From an uncultured Methanomicrobiaceae archaeon (GTDB lineage Archaea; Halobacteriota; Methanomicrobia; Methanomicrobiales; Methanoculleaceae): a stretch of DNA of 29,231 bases. Below, piece by piece: positions 22,074 to 29,231 of the stretch (position 1 is the first letter of the stretch; the number at the start of each line of letters is the position of its first letter). The notes below the pieces were generated by a model. The model ran no database searches. It was not told the DNA's origin and saw only the letters and a list, made by a program, of their open reading frames with translations. Location of the stretch: positions 1 to 29,231 of the forward strand of contig CAWGXH010000007.1 in the NCBI GenBank assembly GCA_963826525.1. The letters are read 5' to 3'. A program made the position numbers and the translations under genes.

Positions 22074-22433
22074 GTGACAACCATTGTGATTATCGACGAC
22101 TCGGCGTTTCAGCGAAGGATTCTCACCTCGTTTCTGAAAGAAGCGGGGTATGAGACTCGCGAAGCCGATAATGGAAAGGCAGGGCTCGCACTGGCGTCGG
22201 GAGAAGGCGTAGGTGCGGTCATTCTGGATCTCCTCATGCCCGAGATGAGCGGCACCGAGGTGCTGGCTCATGCGCGGGAAGAGGGACTTACGGTGCCGAT
22301 CATCGTGAGCACTTCGGACATCCAGGAGACGACACGACGGCAATGTATGGACCTCGGTGCCGCAGGGTTCCTCAATAAACCGGTGAAAAACGAAGAACTC
22401 TGTGCGATGCTCCGGGATGTCGTGCACGGGTGA
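22074..22433 (+). CDS. Single-domain CheY-like response regulator
   Basis: GTG start; [28 protein letters not shown]. Confidence 0.9.
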   Translation: MTTIVIIDDSAFQRRILTSFLKEAGYETREADNGKAGLALASGEGVGAVILDLLMPEMSGTEVLAHAREEGLTVPIIVSTSDIQETTRRQCMDLGAAGFLNKPVKNEELCAMLRDVVHG

Positions 22434-22441
22434 GAAGCCGT

Positions 22442-23038
22442 ATGGAACAGGACTCCCCCGAATCTCTGGATGCAATCAGAGAACTGATCAATATCGGCGT
22501 CGGCAGAGCCGCAAGCATGCTCAACGATATGACCCGGTCGCACATCGCGCTCCAGGTGCCCAGAGTCAGGATACTTCGCCTGCAGGAGCTTGCCGGGGTC
22601 GCGGACGAGTACCCGGACGAGTCTCTTGCAATGGTGAAACTCGATTTCAAAGGCGCGTTCTCGGGGACGACTGCTCTGGTATTCCCTGCAAAGAGCGCGG
22701 CGGCACTCGTGATGACGCTCATGGACGAGGATTCGGCCTGCCCCGAGCTCGACGCGATCAGGATCGAGACGCTCAAAGAGATCGGCAATATCATCATCAA
22801 CGGGGTGATGGGCTCGATCAGCAACGCGCTCGGCCAGCATCTCGCCTATTCACTCCCTGCATATATGAAAGATACCATCGTCCACCTCATCCATACCCAT
22901 AGTGCCGACCCCGATGAATGGCTTGTGCTCGCCCACACGCAGTTCCTCGTGCAGGACCTGAATGTCGAAGGCGAGATCGTCCTGATCTTAGAGGTCGGAT
23001 CGATGGATGCACTCCTCAAAGAGATCTCCCGACAGTAA
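22442..23038 (+). CDS. CheC-family phosphatase
   Basis: Two ExxN motifs: DAIRELINIGVGRAA and ETLKEIGNIIING. Confidence 0.88.
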   Translation: MEQDSPESLDAIRELINIGVGRAASMLNDMTRSHIALQVPRVRILRLQELAGVADEYPDESLAMVKLDFKGAFSGTTALVFPAKSAAALVMTLMDEDSACPELDAIRIETLKEIGNIIINGVMGSISNALGQHLAYSLPAYMKDTIVHLIHTHSADPDEWLVLAHTQFLVQDLNVEGEIVLILEVGSMDALLKEISRQ

Positions 23039-23061
23039 ACACGCCGGTACGGTGCAGGTGC

Positions 23062-24186
23062 ATGTCCGCAATCTTCGACCAACACCCGGAATGGAAGATC
23101 CTGGACTACCTGCCGGTCGGCATCTGCATCCTCGATACGGATCTTCGGATCCGCTACTGGAACAGATGCCTCGAGGACTGGACCGGCTTATCCGCGGACG
23201 GGATCGTCGGGGATAGTATCACGAAGCGATTCCCGGATATAGGGCAGCCCCGCTATCTCCAGCGCATACGCCAGGTCTTTACAACCTCTCTGCCGGCTAT
23301 ATTCTCATCGCAGATTCACCAGCATTTCATCCCGTCGACGAGGACGGATGGTACCGTACGGACACAGCAGACGACCGTGATAGCGCTGGACGGAGGTGGC
23401 GGGCAGAGTTCATATGCCATGGTCGTTATCGAGGATGCCACCGATCTCGTCACCGAGGTGAAAGCGTTCCGGGAGATGCGCGACCGGGCGCTTCTCGAAC
23501 TTCGTGAGCGGAAGAAGGCCGAACAGGCACTATCAGAGGCCAACGAAGCGGCCAACCTGTATCTGGACATCATGGTTCACGACGTCAATAATGCGAACAT
23601 GGCCGCACTCGGATACTGTGAGATGCTCAGCGAGATGCTTGCCGGAGATGAGAAGGAACTCTCCCTGCGCGCTATTTCCGGCGTACGGCAGAGTATGGAG
23701 ACTATCCATAGCGTCAGCACGATCCGCCGCCTCAGGGAGGAGCGATCGGCTCTCAGGAGAGTCGACCTCGATCAGGTAATTCGCCGTGAGATCGATAACT
23801 ATAAGGATGCCCGTATCCGCTACGGAGGAACGGATGCCGTGATCCTTGCAGACGATCTTGCCGGAGCGATCTTCACGAACCTGATCGGCAATGCCGCGAA
23901 GTTCGGCGGCGCCGATGTCGAGATAACCATCTCGGTCGAGGAGGGGGACGGAGAGGTGACGGTATCGGTGGAGGATACGGGCACGGGGATCTCCGACGAG
24001 GAAAAACGGACTATTTTCAACCGTTTCCAGAAGGGGGCGAGCAGTAAAGGCGGCAAGGGGCTCGGGCTCTTCATCGTTCGGACGCTCGTCGAACGCTATG
24101 GGGGACGGGTCGTTGCAGACGACCGGGTGCCCGGCAGACCCTCCGGGGGGGCTGCCGTTCGCGTGATCCTTCCAACAGCACTCTAG
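23062..24186 (+). CDS. PAS-domain histidine kinase
   Basis: LPVGICILD..WN PAS; LDIMVHDVNN H-box; NLIGNAAK, DTGTGI, GKGLGL. Confidence 0.9.
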   Translation: MSAIFDQHPEWKILDYLPVGICILDTDLRIRYWNRCLEDWTGLSADGIVGDSITKRFPDIGQPRYLQRIRQVFTTSLPAIFSSQIHQHFIPSTRTDGTVRTQQTTVIALDGGGGQSSYAMVVIEDATDLVTEVKAFREMRDRALLELRERKKAEQALSEANEAANLYLDIMVHDVNNANMAALGYCEMLSEMLAGDEKELSLRAISGVRQSMETIHSVSTIRRLREERSALRRVDLDQVIRREIDNYKDARIRYGGTDAVILADDLAGAIFTNLIGNAAKFGGADVEITISVEEGDGEVTVSVEDTGTGISDEEKRTIFNRFQKGASSKGGKGLGLFIVRTLVERYGGRVVADDRVPGRPSGGAAVRVILPTAL

Positions 24187-24323
24187 GAGTTCGGAGGCAA
24201 AAGGCTACCTGGCGGGAACGAGCATCGGGCAGCAGATATCCCGCCTGTCAGACAAAAGAGAGAGAACTCATTAAGGAGCAGGTGTACCCATGGACCACAA
24301 TCGCTCAGGAGTATGCGTGTCAT

Positions 24324-27300
24324 ATGGATATATTCGGTAATATTCTGGGCAGGGAAAAAATCCAAATCCGTGGATTAATAAAGGAAATTCTCATATAGAA
24401 GCGGGCAACTATCTCGAAGCCGCCAAAAGTTTTGAAAAAGCCCTCAAGATCGATTCTGAAAACGCATCCGTCTGGTACTGGCTCGGAGCCGCACTCTCTG
24501 TCGGGAGGTATGAAGAAGCGGCCGTATGCCTCCGCAGATTCCGTGAGAAGAACCCGGAGGAACTCGGGGCGCTGCGAACGCTCGGTCACGTGCTCGCGAG
24601 GCTCGGCGCCTACCAGGAGGCCGCGGACTGTTTCGGCGGCGTCGCCCTGCGCGAGCCCGCCGATACCGCGGCATGGACGAGCGTGGGGAGATGCTCGAAC
24701 GGCTCGCCCGATACCGGGAGGCGAAAGAGGCTTTTGAACGAGTGCTCGACAGCCAGACCGAGAACGTAACCGCACGGCGCCGTCTTGCCCTGCTGCTCGA
24801 GCGGCTCGGGGAGTATGGCCGGCGGCAGAAGGAGTACGGCCGGCTCGTGAAAGCCGACCCGGGTGATCGGGATGCGCTCGCGAGACAAGGTGCCGCGCTC
24901 GAACGGTCGGGCGATCATACCGGCGCGGTTGCCTGCCTCGATCGCGTGCTCGAGAAGAACCCGGAGGATACGGATGCCCTATACCTGAAAGCCCGCGCCT
25001 ACGAAGGTGCCGGGCGGTTCCGTGAGGCTGCGGACAGTTACGGAGCGATCACCGCCCTCCGCCCCGAGGACGCGCCTGCCTGGGGACCAGCAGGGCGTCA
25101 ACCTCACACGGGACGGCGACTACCGTGAGGCGGCCGCCTGCTTCGACAAGGTCGCCCTGCACGACCCCGACCAGGTTCTTGTCCGCTATACGATGGGGCT
25201 TGCCTACGATACTCTCGGCCAGTACGACCGCGCCGTCAAGGCATTCGACCAGGTTCTGAAGCACGACCAGACGAAATTTCATGTGTGGTACAACCGCGGC
25301 ATCTCGCTCTTCAGGCTCGGCCACTACGCCGAGGCGGTGCGGTCGTTCGACCGGGTGATGGAGAAGAGGAGAGACGGCAGCGTGAAATGGGTCGGCACCG
25401 GCAGCGACCTGATCCTCTTTAACCGTGACGAGTCTGCCGCGACGCAGAAGAAGCCCGCGACCTACGATGCGCGGGACCGGGTCATGCTGACCATCGCGGC
25501 GTCGCACTCCTGCATCTCGGCCGCTACGAGGAGGCAGAGGAGAGTTTTGCCCGCCTGCTCGAGATCGAACCCGGGAACATCCGCGTGCTGGTGAACAGCG
25601 GTATTGCGCTCCTCCATCTCGGGCGGTACGAGGCGGCGGATGAGTGTTTCAGGGCCGCACTTGCAGGCGAGCCGCATAACGGCGTTGCCATGGCGATGCA
25701 GGCGGATGCGCTCATGAACCTCGGCAGATACGAGGACGCGCTCGAGTGCCTCGATGCTGTCCTGAAGGACGACAAAGAGAACATGATGGCGCTCCAGGAG
25801 CGCGGAACGGCACTGATGCACCGCTCCAGGTACCGCGAGGCCGTGGAGACCTTCGATGCGCTTCTCAGCATCAATCCGGGCGACGGCGCGGTGCTGAAGA
25901 GCAAAGGGAAGGCTCTCCTTCAGCTCGGGAGGTATGCAGACGCACTCCTCTGCTTCGAGCAGGTTCTGGAGAAGAGCCCCGACGATCTCGGCAGTCTCCT
26001 CGAGATGGGAACAGCGCTCGAGAGGCTCGGGAGATACGACGATGCTCTCTCCTGCATCGACCGGGTGCTGGCGGTGGATACCGACGATACCGGGACGCTC
26101 CTTCGCAAAGCAAGAATCTGCGAGGAGCAGGGCCGGCTTGTAGACGCGTGCGACTGCTACCGGCGCCTCTCCAGAGCGTCTCCAACAGACTCGGGATACC
26201 TGCTGAACCTGGGGATGGTGCTTGCAACGCTCGGACGATTTACCGAAGCATCCGACCGCTTTACGAGAGTCACGAAAGCCGAACCGGACAACCTCTTCGC
26301 CCTGCTCCACCGTGGATTCACGCTCTACACCTCGGGATACGCAGAAGCGGCAGAATCGTTCGAACGGATCGTGCGGGAGAATCCGGGCGACGTCGGTGCA
26401 ACCTTCGCCCTCGCGACGGCGCTCCACCGGCTCGGCATCGACCAGCGGGCAATCGAATGCTGCGACCGGGTGCTCGCGGCCGATCCGGCGAATGCAGCGG
26501 CGCTGAAGATACGTGCCGGTTCGCTCGAACAGCTCGGGAGGCACGAAGAGGCGGCGGCCGGATTCGAGCAGTACCTTGCCGCGACACCGGGCGATCTGCG
26601 TGCCCGGATGGCGTACGGCATGGCGCTCGAGAAGGCCGGGAAGTACAGCGACGCCATCAAGAGTTACGCGCAGGTGCTCCAGGAAGACGACACGAACAAT
26701 GAAGCCTGGCATATGCTGGCGAACGCACTCGTCCACATGGGACGCTACGAGGATGCGCTCGAGTGTTCGGACAGCATTCTCGAGATCAACGCCGAAGACC
26801 GGTCCGCATGGCAGCAGCGGGGCGAGATTTATTCCTGGCTCGGCAGGTACGGTGATGCGGAGCAGTGCTACGGAAAGGTGCTCGCCGCCGACCCCGGAGA
26901 CCTGGCCTCGCGGCGCGGCCTTGCGGACGCGCTCGAAAAAGCCGGGAAATACAGAGAGGCGCTGGCCGAGTATACGGCAATTCTCGAGCAGGAACCGACG
27001 AATGTCGATATGCTCTACGCCAAGAGCACGGCGCTCATCCGTCTCGGTCAGTATGCCGATGCGATAAAGCCGGTCGACAAGATAGTCGTGCTCCAGCCCG
27101 AGAGTGCGGCGGCCCTCTTCATGCGGGGGACGGTCTGTGAGAAGACCGGCAGGTTCGACGATGCCCTGAAGAGTTACGAGACCGCGCTCCAGGTCGATCC
27201 GGAGAACGCCGTCATCTGGAATGCAAAAGGGATGCTCCTCGATACGTTCGGGAGATACGCCGATGCGGTGGCGGCATTCGACCGTGCGGCCGCTCTCTCC

Positions 27301-27516
27301 AGCGACGATCTCAACGTGCTCTTCAACAAAGCGATCGCGCTTGCGCATCTCGGCGAGAACGATGCCGCGCTCGGCTGTCTCGACCGGGTGATCGCGGCGA
27401 ATCCGAATCATGCACAGGCGCTGTACCGCAAAGGCAGGGTGCTCGATCGTCTCGGCAAGTATCGCGAGGCGGCGGACTGTTTCAGTCGTGCCGTCGAGAT
27501 TAATGGGTATGAGTAG
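24324..27516 (+). CDS. Large TPR-repeat protein (about 1060 aa, frameshifted)
   Basis: More than 20 W/L..G..L..LGRY.EA..F..VL...P repeats across consecutive ORFs; start MDIFGNILG at 24324. Confidence 0.87.
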
Positions 27517-27533
27517 TGAACGGAGTGCTTTGA

Positions 27534-28044
27534 ATGGAATGGAAAAGTCCGATGACGGCGGCGTTTCTGGCCTGCTGTATGGTTCTGCTCGTGCTCGTGA
27601 GCGGCTGCACGGGGAGCACCGGGGCGGCGAGCGCCAAAGAAGGCGATGTTGTAAAGGTAGAGTATACCGGGACGTTTGCGAACGGCACCGTCTTTGACAG
27701 TTCGGAAGGAAGAACGCCTCTCGAGTTTACCATCGGGACGGGAGCGGTGATCCCGGTTTTGATGCGGCCGTGACCGGGATGCAGGTCGGCGAGTCGAAGA
27801 CGGTCACGTACCGTGGACCAGGCGTACGGGGAGCCCGCGAGGATCTGATCTTCGAACTCAACCGGAGCATGTACCAGGCTCGACCGGCCGAAGATCGGCC
27901 AGCAGTGCAAATAGGGCCGCGAACGGGGGGGGTGCGACGGTGCGGGTGCTCGACGTCAACGAGACGACGATCACCGCCGACGCCAATCGCCGCCTCGCAG
28001 GGGAAGACCTGACGTTCGCGATCACGCTGGTCGAGATCGCCTGA
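27534..28044 (+). CDS. FKBP-type (SlyD-like) peptidyl-prolyl isomerase with lipoprotein-like signal (frameshifted)
   Basis: Hydrophobic stretch plus VSGC; [27 protein letters not shown]; GMQVGESK; [19 protein letters not shown]. Confidence 0.85.
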
Positions 28045-28147
28045 TCTTTCAGGCACCTCTTTTCGGTCTGTCACGGGTTCATCGGATCGAACCGCTGCTG
28101 AGGAGTATCCATCGTATCGCGGCATGGGACTCCTCCATCTCCCTCAC

Positions 28148-29148
28148 TCATGCTTTCAGCGCAGAAAGCTGCCGCACAATCTTCTCATGCTCATCTTTGA
28201 AGATCGGGCTATTGTCCACTCGGCGTCCGGACTTCCTGCACAAATTTCCGTGCTGATTCAGATACAGATCGGAGAGTGTCCCGACAATCGGTGAAACGGT
28301 GCCGCCATCCGCTAGAACGAGAGCGTCAGGTAGGCCGAGCGGTGCTCGAGGCCGAGTAGAGCGTAGGGTGACCGGCTCGTTCGAGGACGAAGTTCATGAG
28401 CGCTCTTCCACCCGTCCGTTTCCGTCGACGAACGGGTGAATGATCTCAAACCGGGTGTGGACCAGAACGGCGAGCTCAAACGGATTCATACGTTTGCGTA
28501 CTGCCGATACCACTGCAGGCACTCCTTCATCAGGTCGGGTACAAGGATCGGGCGGGGTTCATACTCGACTTTTTCGATGCCGACTGAATATTCCGGTAAT
28601 CCCCGGGTTTCGGAGAAGATGTTCCATCATGATCTCGTGGAACTTTCGATGAACGGCTCCCTGAGATCGCCACCGTATCGCTGAGAAAACTCCCGAGTTT
28701 CAGGAAGTTGAGTATCTCATAGACCTCATCCATCTTCTTCCCCGTAGGTGAGATAGCATCATCCAGAAGTTCCTGCGCTTCACGAAGGGTGATTGTATTC
28801 CCCTCTATGGCCGTCGAACCCTGAACATAGCGAACATACATGGCATCCATGTACCGCTCACTCTCGTCCGGAAAGAGCTCCTGAATCGTTCGTAGTAATA
28901 GCGCAGAATCTCAAGTTCACGGGCTTATTCCGGTCGAGAATGGTGAACGGAAGTGTTCCAAACCGATAACCAGATATCTCGTTACCTTCAGATCCGAAGC
29001 TCCCGAGTTTCGACAAAACCAGTTCAGGCGTTGCATTTTCAATCTGCCAACGTATACCAGAACGGGAAGCAATTTCGAGTTAACTTTAACACTATCTTCG
29101 ATATAGATACATATTGCTTTTCAATTCTTTAACGGTCAGGTTTCGCAT
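28148..29148 (-). CDS. Fic-family protein (several frameshifts; gene or pseudogene)
   Basis: HPFVDGNGR at 28438-28412; STAIEGN inhibitory-type motif; start MRNLTVKELKSNMYLY at 29148; visibly lower GC at the 5' end. Confidence 0.82.
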
Positions 29149-29231
29149 TACTTTGTACAGGATATGTCTGCTGAGATTAAAAAGATAACCTCTAGGTTGA
29201 GCTTCTGCAACCTCCGTAACTTCCACCTCGA

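Noticed and set aside
21477-22433. Apparent 318 aa rubredoxin-receiver fusion ORF
   Set aside because: The linker crosses a hairpin, a C-run and a T-tract and looks non-coding. A 1-nt slip restores a natural rubredoxin stop at 21862, and the regulator has its own GGAGG plus GTG start.
25462-27411. Long antisense ORFs (also 1319-2749, 4096-5421, 9018-10349, 19083-20579)
   Set aside because: Shadow frames of real high-GC genes, with no recognisable motifs.

Overview
Archaeal DNA, most likely a Methanomicrobiales methanogen (Methanoculleus/Methanofollis-like; inferred from gene content and high GC). Many housekeeping genes are broken by single-base frameshifts, probably uncorrected long-read indels rather than real pseudogenes. 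In order the window holds: the 5' end of tpiA; an RlhA-type U32 protein; proC; aroD; a 7.8 kb minus-strand aromatic amino acid operon (two ADH-synthase paralogues, DHQ synthase II, tyrA, pheA, aroA, an AroK-AroE fusion, aroC); aMBF1; two convergent PAN ATPases flanking a MITE-like insert and a conserved hypothetical gene; DUF126; a J-domain protein; a USP-USP-GNAT fusion; a signalling cluster (REC-PAS kinase, double rubredoxin, CheY-like, CheC-like, PAS kinase); a large TPR protein; a lipoprotein FKBP; and a low-GC Fic gene. The standout is the 5' leader of the aromatic operon. It has a short uORF, MFFAGECFYHW* (12366-12331), rich in Phe/Tyr/Trp codons, followed by mutually exclusive RNA pairings and a hairpin plus U-tract. 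This is a candidate ribosome-mediated attenuator in an archaeon.
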